Positions 38,499 to 52,210 are shown, counted from the first letter of the whole stretch. The stretch is DNA of 63,835 nt, filler included, from Reclinomonas americana ATCC 50394 (GCA_048213135.1; 6 parts of 3 records of this genome joined end to end with filler, not necessarily neighbours in it); one strand, 5' to 3'. Notes: generated by a model not told the origin, from the letters alone. A program made the numbers and translations.

Positions 38499-40990
38499 TC
38501 ATGCTTTCGAAAACACTCCATTGTAGTCCAGTCGGAGCAGCAGCTGGGAGACTTGCGAGGAGCCGAGTATTCTCCTCCGCAGGATCTGGAAGAGGAGTCG
38601 GCACTCGCGCGAAAAGTCCTGCGCACGCAAGATGCGTGGTGAGTCGCAGTAGATGGCGTGAGTAAAAAAGCAAGGGAGAAGAGCTCACCTGTTCAATGTG
38701 ATCGACATCCGAGCCGAGAACCAGTTCCGGAGTGACCTCAAACCGCGCCACCAGCCGGCACAGTGCCGCCGAGGCATCGCTGCAATGAGCAGGTGTCAGT
38801 GTGCGTGAGACTTTTCTTGCATGATCACACGCAGAAAGACACACCAAATGGCGGCAATTGAATTCTGAATGGCAGTGCTGCCGCCGCCGCCCACTTGCGG
38901 CTCCGGCAGGAAGCACTGCGTGCACAGGTCGGAGAGGAAATCAGCGTGCGCCTGCTGCACCGTCTCAAAGTCCTCGCTCTCCTCGATGCGCCGAATCAGT
39001 CGTGCACTGCATCGAAGACGGTAAGCTCATGGTGTGTGCGTGTCCACACTAGTTGGGGTAGAGACGCAACGATTGGGCGTCCAACACATCGGCCTGCACG
39101 TAGTACTGCAGATTGTCGAGCACAAAAGACATGCGCGCACGCAGCAACCACATGCGCCAGGCGACAGACTGGCGTGACGAACGCGACTTGTGTCGCTTCT
39201 GCGCAATCCACGCCTTTTGCAGCAGCAACTGCGCCCTCTTGAGCGAAAATAAGAAGCGGAAGAGACGGCTCAGGCGATCCATGGCGTCCGGGGTGTAAAT
39301 CAAATGCAGCGGCGATGGAACGTCGTACCGCAGCGACAAGTGTCGATACCTGCGTCGTCTGGTGAGATGGTCGCATGCGTGGAGGTACATGCAGCTGGGG
39401 CACTCACCACTCGCCACCGGTGGCCGTGGGCGACGTGACAATGTCGACACGCTTGGCGGTCTTGTCGTCCTCCCGCGTGGTCTGATGCAGGGCGGCCACG
39501 AACAAGCTGTGTACCTCTGTGTGGATGGCAGTAAGTAAGGCAGAGCGGCGGTGGTCATCGGGAGAAAGAGAGATGTAGGTGCACGCAACCCTGATCGACG
39601 GCGCCAGGTGGCGGCGACATGATGATCGGTTCGAGGGCCTGGAAGAACGCCAAGTAGAACTCGCCCTTGCCCATGAGGAAGTAGTCCTTGACGGCGCGCA
39701 CGTGGAGTAGCAGGTCGGCGTCACGCACGGTCAGCGACCACAGATGGCGTGTGACCACTGAGCGAATGTCGTCGATGGTGCACTCGAACGACAAAGCGTG
39801 GAATGTCGGGTGCTCCTGCAGCAACGAGTGAGCGACAATGATGCAAGACTCTCACGCATTAGAGAGGGCGCAGCACGCACCTCGAGTCGTCGCAGAGCCT
39901 CGGCAAAGTGCTGAATCTCCTTGGCGGTAAAGTACGACGACGAGAGCGGCGACGACGACGACGGCGAACCACCACCGGTCAGCGGCGACAGCGCCGTCTT
40001 GCCGCTCTCTGGTCTGGCCACGCCCACCGAGGACGACGACGACGACTGATGCCTCCGCAGCACCTGCACGGCACTGCCGGTGTAGAGGATCTTCTCAGCC
40101 ACGCGATCCGACAAGTACGACGGCTTCTTGTCGACTCGCAGGTGGTACGAGAACGACTTGAGATCGTCGGCCACGGCATCATCGACGCCCGCCTGCTCGT
40201 TATCCTCCGACTTGCTGCGCCCGCCCTGGTCCTCGATGAAGAACTCGCCATACTTGTCCGACAGAATCCCATACAACACCCACGACGACAGCTGCCGGAA
40301 GAACACCCGGTGGCAGTGGAACGCCAGCCGCTCGAAACACGCGCGCACCACCGGGAAACCCGTCTGCCCGCGCCGATGCAACTCCTCCAGGATATCACAG
40401 CACTGCGCGCCATTGCGCACCACAGCCGCCACACTCAACAACGCCGGGAACAGCGTCTCATACTACCCACACACACACACGACAGTTAGCCTCGCCCCCC
40501 TCGACATCGAGGAGCCCTGATGCACACCAACCTCGACCAGCGCCTCCGACACAAACGACAACGACACGAGTGGATTGCGCAGATGCGCCTGCTCAATCTC
40601 CAACAAGCGACGCCGATAGCTATCCAGCACCTCATCCAAGCCCGCACAGAGCGCCTCGGGGTACACCGATTGCACTGGATGATGATGATGATCGACAATG
40701 AACAATCACTCCTGCGATCAATGACAACCTGTCTCTGTCTCTCTCTGTGTCTTACCATCCTCGCTCTGGAGACCACGAAAGGCGGCTGTAAACGCGTCGA
40801 GCTCGCGATAGGCGCGACCGAGAACGACCACGCGATCGAGTAACGCACGCTCGGCCGGCTCCAGAAAGCTCACCAGTCCATCGTCTACAGTAACCGCACG
40901 TGCACTACTACCGCCACCACCACCACTTGACGACAGTGGAAGCAGATCGCCACTGTGCCCGCACAAGCTCAGCAGCACCTCGTGCAACAT
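38499..40990 (-). CDS. TUBGCP4: Gamma-tubulin complex component 4 (GCP4)
   Basis: MLHEVLLSLCG, LSSWVLYGILSDKYGEFFI, VKDYFLMGKGEFY, DNLQYYVQADVL, QLLLRLDYN. Confidence 0.93.
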
Positions 40991-41099
40991 CAGTGGAAAA
41001 TGCGCGCGAAAAACCCGAGCGCAAATTCGTTTTGCGACTGCGCGTGAGTCACACACCGTCTGTAGTCGTTGTGTGTGCATGCGTGGAGGAGCTTCAGTG

Positions 41100-42380
41100 A
41101 TGCGTTGTCGTGCATTGTTGCTTGCGGTGCTTGCACTGGTGGTGGTGATCGTTGGCATGGCGGCCATGTCAGCGCACGCGTTGCAGTTCGAGGTGGAGAT
41201 CTTGACGCGCAAGTGCTTCATTGAGGTGTGTGTGAGTGTGAGAGGGAGCAAGTGTGTGCATGTGTGCAAGAAGGCGTGCTGACGACGTGCGTGTGTGTGT
41301 GTGCGACATGACAGGACTTGCGGTGCGTCTTCTGCCTTTCTCTCTCTTGCCTGTCTCTCTCTTGCTTTCTGACTCTCCTCCAGTCGCGACACACTTGTGG
41401 CAGGTACTGTGGAGGCTGCGCCTGGGCAGCACCAGCGCATCAATGTGGTCGTTTCGTGTGACACCTGTCGCTTGTGTGTCATGATTGTGATGATGATGGT
41501 GGTCACTCTCGTGGTTCAGGTGGAGGATCCCAATGGGCGAACAGCATTCAAGCGCGAGGATATCACCAAGACCGACTTGGTGTTCACCTCCACGCTCGAC
41601 GGAGAGTACAAGGTTGGTTGCATCTCTCTCTTCCTCCCTTCCTCTTTCTTTCTTTGTGCATCCCTGCTTTCTTTCACCTCTCACCCCCCTCTCTCTCTTT
41701 CTGTGGCACAGATCTGCGTTGAGAACCAGCTGCCGCCAGGTTGATATCCTTCATTGCACGCGCAGGGGAGGACTTTCTAACCTGTTTTGTGCATGCTGCA
41801 AACAGAGTTCTCGTACTCTCGCGGACTGAAGCGCATGATTACGCTGCAGCTGCGCACGGGCACCGATGCCAAGGACTACGATAGCATTGCGATGCGTGAG
41901 CACTTGCAGGTACTATTGGCGAAGTTGTTGATGGTGAGCATAGCGCCCGCTGAGTGTTGTTCTTTCCGTGTAGCCGCTGGATGCGGAGCTGCGTCGCATG
42001 GTGGACCTGTTGAAGGAGGCTTCACTAGAGTTGGACTACATGAAGACGCTGGAGGCCGAGCATCGTGACTTGAACGGTGCGGTTGATGTCTTTCTCTGCT
42101 TGTTGCTGCTGCCTCTGATGTATGTGCGGGCAGAGAGCACCAATGCCATGACGTCGTGGTTGGGTCTGGTGATGATCTTTGGCGTCGGCAGTCTGATGGT
42201 GCGCGCTGTGCCTCGTCCTCTTCTTATATAAGTGTCCATACTGAGCGTGCATGTGCAGGCCTGGGAGGCATGGTACCTCAAGAAGTACCTTGGTTCGTCG
42301 CCTCCATTCTTCCTCCTTGTCTACCCCGCGCAGTGCCTCATTCCTTGTGTCCCTGTGCAGAGCGCAAGAAGATTGCGTAA
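41100..42380 (+). CDS. p24/TMED (GOLD domain) cargo receptor, TMED10-like, includes an 8-nt microexon
   Basis: Signal peptide, KCFIED, GEYKICVEN, GTDAKDYDSIAMREHL, RDLNESTN, TM helix, YLKKYLERKKIA*. Confidence 0.9.
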
Positions 42381-42507
42381 AGCACGTTGCATGTACACTG
42401 GCAGTGGCAAGCATAAGCAATGCGAGAATGCGAGGAAGAGAGACGAGAATGAAAACAGTCTTTTGCCGACGTCTGTCTATGCGTCCCACAACGTACTGCT
42501 CGTCACG

Positions 42508-43751
42508 ATGGAAGCCGGGATCTCCGTGCTTGAGCGTCTCCGCGAGTTCGCGCAGCAGCTCACTCGCACCTGTGTGCACTATGACGCACTCGCCCCGTTT
42601 CATCGCGTCGCCACTGCGCCCGTCCGATCGCGGACAACTGCACGAATGCAACAAGAAGATGATGACGAAGAAAGAGAGGAAGAAGAGCATGCCACACTCG
42701 ACGACCTTGCTCTATGGAAGCAGCGAGAAGCTCGTCTGCGCAGTGCACTCGCGCTGCTGCAGTCTTCGTCATTGTGCGTGCATGTGATCCCTGCACCCCA
42801 CCCTCTCTCTGTCTCCTCACTCACTGACACACGCTCGTGCACAGACACGCGACAGAGGGCAGTGGCAGTGGCAGTCACTCTGCTGCTGCTTCTGCCGACG
42901 ATGACGACGACGAAGACGATGATGTGGCGGCACAAAAGCTCCTCGCCCTGCAACAGGACCTGCTGCAGGTGGCGGCCGCCCGATCGACGCAGCTCACCCT
43001 GGTCGCCCGCCTGCACCAGTCGGCCGCACTGCAACGCATGCTCGACAAGCCCGAGGCCGAGCGCACCGCCGAGGAGCGATTGTGCATGTCGGTGCGTGTT
43101 GCTCGCTTCACGATCCTATTTGATCTTCTCCTCACCGCGGCGATCGCGCACAGAACATGGAATTGCGTGACGAGCTGGCGCTGGAGTTGCTGCGCGAGAG
43201 TGCGGCGTTGTCGGCCACCGAGGATCGACTGTGGGCCATTCGTGCACGCAACGCCAAGCTGATGACCGAGAATCGCGCCATGCAGCGTGAGGTCGAGGCC
43301 GTCGAGCAGGATCGCTTTGCGGCACGGCGGCGACGACGAGCTGCGGTCGGCACTCCAGCGGATTAGATTCGTGAGATACGCGAGATGGAGGTGCACAATC
43401 GAGCCTTGGCGCACATGCTCATGGTATGCATGCATGCTGTCCAGGGTCGCGCGATTGCACCTCCTCTTATCTTCGACGCAGGTGCTGGTCGTGGACAGTG
43501 GGTACGACTGGTACAGCGACCCGGCGATGCAACCGGTGATGCTGAGCCTGGAGGCAGAGGAGAACACCGACTGCCATCGACGCAGTCGCGAACTGGCGGA
43601 GCTCTTTGGCGCGCCACCAGCTGCGACGTCGTCGCTCAATTTTCCGAGCTCCTCGGCCTCCGGATCGCAAGCAATGCAAGTCGATCGCGACGATGGCGAC
43701 GATGACGCTGCTGCTGCTGTTAGTGATGACGAGGATGATGGCCCCTCATAA
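42508..43751 (+). CDS. CENP-H/Fta3-like kinetochore coiled-coil protein with an apparent in-frame TAG at 43364-43366
   Basis: Coiled coil followed by VLVVDSGYDWYSDPAMQPVML, resembling the CENP-H SGVDWAEDP motif. Confidence 0.6.
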
Positions 43752-43957
43752 ATAAAGCAAGAGAGCGAATAGTTGCATGTAGGACATTGAGCAGATTCTG
43801 TCCAAGATGATGGTGATGCGGCAACATGCTCCCCCCTCTCTGTCTCTCTGTTCTCTCACTCTCGTTCTCGCAGCGCCACCGCGCAGAGCAGTCGACGCAC
43901 TCGACAGCCACCAGCGTGCAACAGCACGATGTTGTTGCGCAACTGCATATATATGCA

Positions 43958-46812
43958 ATGACGCAAGTTCGTTCTCCGCATTGACTCTCGACACTTGGGT
44001 GAGTGCAGGTGGCCAGCGGCAAGCAGGAGCCGCCTCGCAACCCTCCGCCTCCCCCCTCGCCCACCTCACAGTACCGCCTGACTGCACGACTGGTGCTGCT
44101 GAGCATTGCGCTGTCGTATGCGGCGGCCTTTCTGTCACTCTACACGCAACTGCCGGGACTGTACCATCGTACGGGCCTCACACCAGTGGAGTCGTACATG
44201 GAACGTGTGCGACAGGAGTATCCGCTGAAAGGAGCAGCGGCCAAGACCGCGGCCACGATGCGATTTGGAGTGTTACCGACGGTGTTGTGGTTCAGTGAGA
44301 GTGTGTTTCACATGGACGTGGACTCGATGCTCGATGTGATGTGCCTCGCTGGTGTTGCGTAGCCACTTTGCACTGCAGCCGTCAGTGCCGCTCAGACTGA
44401 GTCTTGTTTATGTATCCCTTGTCAGGCGGCGCTGGCGTTCTTGGTGGCCATTGACGTGGGACCCAGCATGCTGTGGTTCACGCTCATGTGGGTGGCGTAC
44501 CAGTCGCTGTATGCCGTCGGGCAACGCTTCTTGTCGTTCCAGTGGGATATCTTATTGTTGGAGGCCGGCTTCCTGGCCATTTTGCTGTCACCTCTGCCGC
44601 TGGTGCCAACCATCCGCAAGTGGCGTGGTCTACCGCCGGCGGAACCCTCCAATACGTCGCTCATCTTGGTTCGCTGGCTCCTCTTTCGGCTGATGTACGC
44701 CAGTGGTGTGGTGCGTTGCGTCGACATGCGTGTGTGCAGTCGACCGCATGATGCTCACCAACAACACTTGTCGCCCAGGTCAAACTCACCAGCGAGTGCC
44801 CGACGTGGTGGGGACTGACGGCCACCAATTATCACCACGAGGTGCAGAATTATCGTCGACCCACACACATACAACAACTCACTCATGCCTCCGCACAGAC
44901 TCAATGCCTGCCGACACCACTCGCGTGGGTCTGTCCTCTTTTTCATTCCCACATTCACCAGCACATTGTGCACTAACTGTGCGCTCTCCCACGGCACAGT
45001 ACTTTCACTTCCTGCCCAACTGGTGGCATGAGGTGGAGGTGGCGGGCACGTTTGTCATTGAGACGATATTGCCCTTCCTCTTCTTCTCGCCCTTCCGGCT
45101 CCACCGCATCGTCGCCGGCCTCGCGCAGATTGCGCTCATGGTGGTCATTGCCTTGTCGGGCAACTACAACTTTTTCAATCTCCTGTTGCGTCTGTCACGC
45201 ATTGTCTGCTCGCGTGAGTCTCGTGCGCTGCTTCCAAAGTGTGCTGATTGCGAGCGTGCGCAGCACGGCCGGCCTGAGCATCAGCTGCCTCGACGACGAC
45301 TTCCTCTCACACGTAGTGTGGCGTCGTGACCCCGTTAATTATCCTGCGCGCCTACCCAGCAAGCAGAAGAAGAAGACTTCCTCCTTCGGCACCTCGTTCG
45401 TCGCCTGGTTGCTGCTGCTGCTTTTCGTTGGCGCCACTTGCTACTTTGGCTTCCGGGTGCAGTGGCTGCCAGAGAAGCATGTGCCGCTGCATCTGGAGCT
45501 CGCCTTCGATTCCGCCGGGCTCTACGATTTTATGTGGTGGTCGTTGCCGGCGGGCGTGATTGCCGGCGCACTGGCTCTTTTCTTTGCGGTGCGGCGCGAT
45601 GCACTGCGTGCCGTGTACGACTCGGACAAGGAGCCCGAGTCGCTGTCGCTGTCTGGCAAGTCACCCACCGCGGCCGACAAGGTGCGTGTAGATGCTGCAT
45701 ACCACAACAAATTGTTCACCGTCGCCCATGATCTCGCCACACAGTCATCCGTGTCGTGCTGCACGTACATGTCAGTTGTGATGGCGCTGCTGGCAGTGGT
45801 GGTGATTGTGCTGGTGGCGCTCGCCGTGTTCACCGTCTCGCTCCCGGCGTTGTATGTGGTGCATTCAAAGGCGGCTCAGGAGCAGCTGCCGCCAGTGTTG
45901 ACGCGGGCGCATTCGCAACTGAGCAACGTGCCAATTGCGCGCAGTGGTGCGTGTGCTCCACAGTCGTCTGCCAAACGACCCCACCCTCCCTCACATCCTT
46001 TCTAATATATTCGCTGCAGTGCTGTCGTACTACGGATACGGTTTGTTCCGCAGCATGACCACCAGCCGCCCTGAGGTCGTCATGGAGGGCACGCGCAAAG
46101 CGAAACCAACAGAGAGCGATTGGATTGAGTACGACTTTTACTAGTTGCGTTTATGTGCGCAGTCGAGTCTCTCTCTCCCCCTCGCACCGCCTTCTCACAC
46201 CTCGCGCAGCAAGGCTGGCAACGTAACGCAGGCGCCCCGCTGGAACGCCCCGCATCAGCCTCGTCTCGACTGGCAGATGTGGTTCGCCGCCCTCAGCTCG
46301 TACCAGAGCGAGTCGTGGATTGTGAACCTCGCCGCCAAGCTCCTCGACAACGATCCCCACGTGCTGGCACTGATGAGCGGCCACAATCCGTTCGCCGACA
46401 AGCCACCGCTGTATGTGCGCGCCACTCTGTACGATTATCGGTTCGCGGCGCCACCTGCCGACGTGCATCCGTTCTTGGCTCGCGGTGGACCGTGGTGGAC
46501 GCGAACCAAGGAGAGGGAGTACTTGCCGGCCCTGGAGAAGAACAATGGTGCGGTGAACGATACAATGCCGCCCTTTTGCTGTGCACTGTCAGCGCACTCA
46601 CCGATCGACGGCTATTCGCACACACAGGATCTCTTGTGCGGTTCCTCGCCGACAACAAGTGGGATATCAAGCCGCTGCGTCGCGAGGAGCTGTCGCCGGC
46701 CGCTCAAGTGGTTGCGCAGATTCGCGAACAGCCGAACCTGGTGTGTTGGATCTGTTGTGCGGCCGCGGTGCTTTATGCGATCAAGTGGCTGCTCTTCCGG
46801 TGCGGACCATGA
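43958..46812 (+). CDS. Lipase maturation factor (LMF2-like)
   Basis: [77 protein letters not shown]. Confidence 0.95.
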
Positions 46813-46895
46813 GGTTGTGCGAGTAAAAAAAGAGTCTACATTTTCGTTTTTCACGTGTGTAATAAGTACAACAACAGCTTGTTATTATGGATGCA

Positions 46896-48351
46896 TTACA
46901 GGCTCTTTGTGATCCGTTCGACTTCACGCCTTACAGCGGCTGCACAGAGACCACACACTTGTCAGCACATGTGGAGTACAACTGCAAAAAGCAAATCACG
47001 CACCACTCGAACTGGACAACGTGTGCAAAATTGATGATGCAGCGCGACTGACGCTAGCATCGGAGGAGCGCGAGGCCTTCACCAGTGGCGCCAGGCCGTT
47101 GTTCTCCATGATTTCCAGCGACGCCGTGGCGGCAAAGAGCATCAGCAGCTTCAACGCCAGTGTGATGACCTCCGCATCGTCGTGCGTATCGAGAATACGC
47201 ACAGTGGTCACCACGCCGCCCTCCAGTCGGATGACCGACAGATTTTCCTCTGCGAGCACACACACAGAGTCAGCCATTGTGTGTGCGCGCAAAATCGAAA
47301 GAAACATTGTGTGGAAGGCGTACCATTGGTGGCCAGTGTAGACAGCGCCTTCAGGGCGGCCGACAGCACACGCAGATCCTGTGCATTGTCCAGCTGGCGG
47401 AGCAGAGCCGGGATGGCGCCACGCTTGCGAAGATCCACTTTGCCTGCGCCAAGTGAGGTAACGAGTGAGTCAACAACTCTTCCGGCCAGCTCACAGTCGA
47501 CTTGAGACACACCAGACGGCACGCCCGCCAGATTCTGCAGCGTCGAGATGGCGTACAGCTTGGCGTCCATGTCCTCGTCGTTCATGCAGCGCATAATGTC
47601 GGCAGTGCCACCAATAACAATCACTTGCGCCGCATTCGTCTCTGCGCGAGCACCCAAGAGGTGTGAGAGATCGAGCAACACCCACGCATCAACAGCACGA
47701 CGTGTCAACTCACCGTTGAGTGTCGCATTGTACAAGCAGCGCAGTCCTGCACGCCAGTAGAGAGTGAGCAAATGACACGAAAAAGAAGGCAAGGCGACCG
47801 ATCGGTGTGTGTGTGGCTCTCACCATATCTCTTGGTCTCGGCATCGGTCGAGCTGATGACACGCACCATGGGCTCCAGACCGCCGAGCTCACGAATGGCC
47901 TCCTTGTGCTGCTTGTTGATACTGATGCACACACATGAAGCACAGGGTGAGTGACTCAAGACGCACTCGACATTAGCAAGACGACAGTGAGTGACGCACG
48001 ACATGTTGATGAGGCAGCCAATGGCAGCACGCTTCGTCTCCACATCCTCGTGGTCGAGCAGGCGCAGCACCGCGCGCAAACCGTCATTGTCGAACACGAT
48101 GGTGCGGTTCTGGGCGTTGATGGACAGGATGCTGAGAGCGCGCATGGCGTACTTGGTGGTTGCCGCGTCACCACTGCATGGACAAGAGAGAAACACGAAA
48201 CATTTGAGTCACCGAGGCGGACGCACGCACGCACTCCCCACAACAACAAAGTGCAATGGTACGTGCCTGTAGAGAGCGCGCAACAACAGGGGCACGCCAC
48301 CGAGGCCAGCAATCTCCACCTTGGACTCGTCGTCAAATGAGAGGTTGCGCA
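46896..48351 (-). CDS. Armadillo-repeat protein (Vac8-like repeats), 5' truncated
   Basis: GVPLLL, AIGCLINMS, IRELGGLEPMV, GAIPALL, NGLAPLV repeats. Confidence 0.85.
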
Positions 48352-48451
48352 NNNNNNNNNNNNNNNNNNNNNNNNNNNNNNNNNNNNNNNNNNNNTTAAT
48401 TAATTAANNNNNNNNNNNNNNNNNNNNNNNNNNNNNNNNNNNNNNNNNNNN

Positions 48452-49923
48452 CTCTTGGAGTTGGGCGACGACGACGACGAGTGACTGGCCTTGCTCGGAG
48501 TCACTTTGAGCGCACTGATGCGACTCGCCGCCAGCATTGCCGACGTCTGCGCGGCCGCTGTTGGATCGTACGACCAGTGGATGAGCACGGGCGTGAGATG
48601 CTCCGCCGCCTGCATCGCCAACTCCACCGACAGGGCGCTGAACTCGGACGAGTCGTCCACGAAAATGGTAAACTGGTCGTCCTCAATGCCGACCAGCATC
48701 ACGTGACCGGCCACCGTCAGCTGCGTGATACGACCGGCGATACTGTGCTCCGAGCGGCGGGCCTCACGCGGCACCGGCGAGCGTCGCGAGGCCACCAGCG
48801 GCTCCGTAAAATCGACCGTCACGCGACCCACTGGCACGCAGTCGAGCCGAGCACCGGCGGCGGTCACTGCCGACTTGGTGCTCGACAGATCGGCAACGTC
48901 GGCCAGCAGATTCACCGCGGCACTGGCCGCCGCCGCTCGCAGCAGCAACGCAACCATCACGTGACGCGTGCGCGAGTTGGTGGTGTCGAGGCGAATCACA
49001 TTGGAGCGCGACGGCTCGTCACCCGACAGGCTCACGTGGAAGGCCGTCTTGTGCGCCAGCAGGCGCACCACATGACCACATGCCATTGACGCACTCGACA
49101 CGGACTCGTCACTGCCACGCGAAAAAACACACACACACACTTGTCAGTCGCAGCACAGAATCGACGCATGCATGCATGCAGGTTGCGATGCCACGAACCC
49201 ATACACGATGCGCTCGGGCTCGGTGACCACATACTCGACCGGCGTCGGCTTGGCCGGCCGCACATGCGACGCCCACTTGACGGCCACGGGCCAGCCCCAT
49301 CGCGCCGCCTCCAGCACCAACATGGCCTGCAACACCTCCCCGCCGCATCCACTCGCTCCCCTGCGCAGATCAATCGCCGAGTACTGATCCTTGCGATCGC
49401 CCTCCACTCGCACACACAGCAGCGCGCCATCGAGCAGCAGCCGTCGCACGCGTCCCTGCACCACGCGTCGCTCCTCATCGCGCATTCCCAACGATTCCTC
49501 CGCATCGACATTGTCCTCTTCTACCTCGTCGGCATCGCCCTCGTCGGCCTGCGCTGCATAGCTCACATCGACGTACACATAGCGCACAAGCTGACTCCCG
49601 CGCGCGCGATCGCGACGATCGGTGGAGACGGGCTCACACCGCAGCGATACCTCCCAGCGACACTCGCCCGCCATCAGCAGCAACCGCGAGAGGAACTCAT
49701 CGCGGAAGCTCAGTGGCTCTGTGCATGCGACACAGTGAGTGAGTGAGAGAGTGAGTGTGTGGAAGTGTGAGAGAGAGAGAGAGAGCTGACCGGAGAGTGG
49801 TATCTCGAAACGCGATCGTCCCTCGTGCAGACGCACAAAGAGGCTCTGCTGTGACGATGCTATGTGTGACGAGCGTGCTGCATACACACGCGACACGGTG
49901 CCAGTCGCAAACAGCGACGTCAT
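48452..49923 (-). CDS. Hypothetical multi-exon protein, 3' truncated
   Basis: Long GC-rich ORFs 49144-49932 and 48400-49140 separated by intron-like segments; no family recognised. Confidence 0.5.
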
Positions 49924-50066
49924 TGCTCTCACTCTAAAAACTCTATGATATGTAATGAGCGGCTCTCACACTCGCCATCGATTCATTGGACGAACAAAAA
50001 ACACTATCAAAACAACGCCCTTCCCGGCGTGGTCTCCCTCGCCCCACTGTGCGCGCGCCACCGTTT

Positions 50067-51357
50067 TCATGTGCGCGCGCTCTGCAGCCGGCTCTCAAGT
50101 GACGAATAAAACGCTTGGTCATCCTGCACACGCGTGTTGTTCAGCAACGGGGAAATTCATGCAATGAGAAAAGGAAACGGTCAACGTACCTCCTCCTCGT
50201 CGTCGTCGGCGGGGTTGGGAATGGCGGTGCCCGAGTCCTTGCGCGCAGAGTACCAGTGATACGAGGCGGAGCCATCGCGATCGCCTGTGTGCCATCATCG
50301 ACATGAGCGCGGGGACAAAAGCAGGCTCCAAAGAGCAGAGTGCGTCGAGCGCAACTGATGATCTTGTGCTGCACGGCCCAGTTGAGATCGCGCTTCTGCA
50401 GGTGCTCCATGCGCGCATCGGGGGCGCCATACGACAGCATGCAAAAGTGCGCGCCAGGTCGCAGCACGCGCATCACCTCCTTCATCATGCGCGTGGCGTT
50501 CTCCTGCGAGTCGGTGCCGCACAGCAACGCATCCAGCGTGCCCTTGTCCAGCACCAAGTCAAAGTGCTCCGACGGGAAGTCCAGCTTGCACGCATCCATC
50601 GTGTACCCTACGTACGCGAGTGAGTAACAAGCGGAGAAATCAACACGCTGGCGGCTGTCTTGCGCGTGCGCAACATTCCATGTTGGGGTGCGAGGTGCCG
50701 TAGTGCTCCCGCATCTGATCGACGACCACGCTGCTAATGTCAATGTTGATGATCTTCTCGTAGCCGAGCTCGTACAGTGCCGCGCTCACGCCTACCAACG
50801 TCAAGGAGATTAGATAAAAGAAAGAGAAGAGAGAGGGACAAGAGAGAGTGAGGGAGAGAGGGTGAGGGAGAGAGAGAGGGAGGGAGGTTGAAAGGAGCGA
50901 GGGCGGAAAGTACAGAAGGGGAACGATGAGACAGCGGATGGAGAACAAGGGGACGGAGATGCAGAGGAGTGGAGAGAGAAGGAGAGAGAACAGAGAAGAG
51001 CGGGAGAGCGGGAAGAGAGAGAGAAAGAACAAGAGAAAGAGAAGAGCGTGTAAGATGAGAAGGTGACGGAGATACAGAGACGAAGAGATACAGAGAAAGC
51101 AAAAGAGATACAGAAGAGAGACAGAACGAGAGGAAGAGAAGGAGGGGCACTGCGAGTGTGCGCGATTGAGTAAGAGAGGGGGAAGAAGACTCACGAGAAT
51201 TTCCGCAGCCGACAATGAGAATGGGACTGGACTTGGAGAGACCGGCATCAAACGGCAAATGCGCCTGCAGCGACGCAAACGACAGGTACCAGTCAAAGTG
51301 CGTGTCGTTGGCCGCATATCGCTGATCCCAGTACTCGGGCTTTCCGTACTCCGGCAT
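50067..51357 (-). CDS. SAM-dependent methyltransferase, EEF1AKMT4/METTL13-N-like
   Basis: YGKPEYWDQRY, FDWY, ILIVGCGNS, INIDIS, FDLVLDKGTLDALLCG, RVLRPG. Confidence 0.92.
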
Positions 51358-51859
51358 GCTAGTTCTACACTCACACACACAATGCACACACAACAGAGTC
51401 AAAATCACTCACATTGCTCTCTCTCTCTCTGTTCTCTCTCTGTTCTCTCTCTACCTGAAACGGGCTTCTGGGTGACTGGGAACGATGCGAATGCGCTGTT
51501 GTTGTTGTTGTTGATAGTGATCAGATGCGTCCAAGATAGGCCACGTCACTCACTCACACGCAGCGAATGAAAACAAGAGTCAAGGTTGTGGAGGAGAGAG
51601 AGAGTGTGACTGTGTGTAAGAGAGAGAAGAGCGCTCGGTTGTTGCTCACGCGACACACACAAACAGATGGGACGGTGTCGTTTGCAGTTGAATTTTCATC
51701 TTCTTGCACTCATGTGTTGCGTGCGCGTGCGCGTTCTCTCTGTGTGCCTGTGACCAGTTGCTCACTTGTGTACACCTGCAGCACTTGACATTCGTGCAAA
51801 GCGCTTTGATTATCGCGTTGATTTGGATGCTCCAGTTGCGTTTTTATTTGCGACACCCA

Positions 51860-52210
51860 CGAGAGCGCCTAAGTCGCCACCTGAGGGCGCATAAGTCGCC
51901 GCCTGAAGGCACCTTTAGTCGCCATCTTTGCTGCTGTCATCTTGATCGTCATTCTTTGCAATCAGCATTATCCCTTCAGTCCTCGCTGCGCAATGTCGTG
52001 TTTCTTGTTACCTTCGAACGCCTAAGTTGTCACCTGATGACACCTTTTGGTCACCACCTGAGGGCACTACAGTCGCCATCTTTGCCGCTGTCATCTTGAT
52101 CGTCATCCTTTGCAATCAGCATCATCCCTTCAGTCCTCGCTGCGCAATGTGTCACCTGATGCACCACCTTTGAACGCCTTCAGCTGTCATCTTGATCGTC
52201 ATCTTTGCAT
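51860..52210 (+). repeat. Degenerate tandem repeat (about 154-bp period) with internal gccacctga subrepeats
   Basis: agtcgccatctttg...cttgatcgtca...cagtcctcgctgcgcaatgt at 51917 and 52071; partial third copy near 52182. Confidence 0.8.

Noticed and set aside
43364-43366. Genome-wide TAG reassignment
   Set aside because: Only one internal TAG was found; TAG, TAA and TGA each end genes at expected C-termini (SDR TAG, RPL36 TAA, RF2 TGA)
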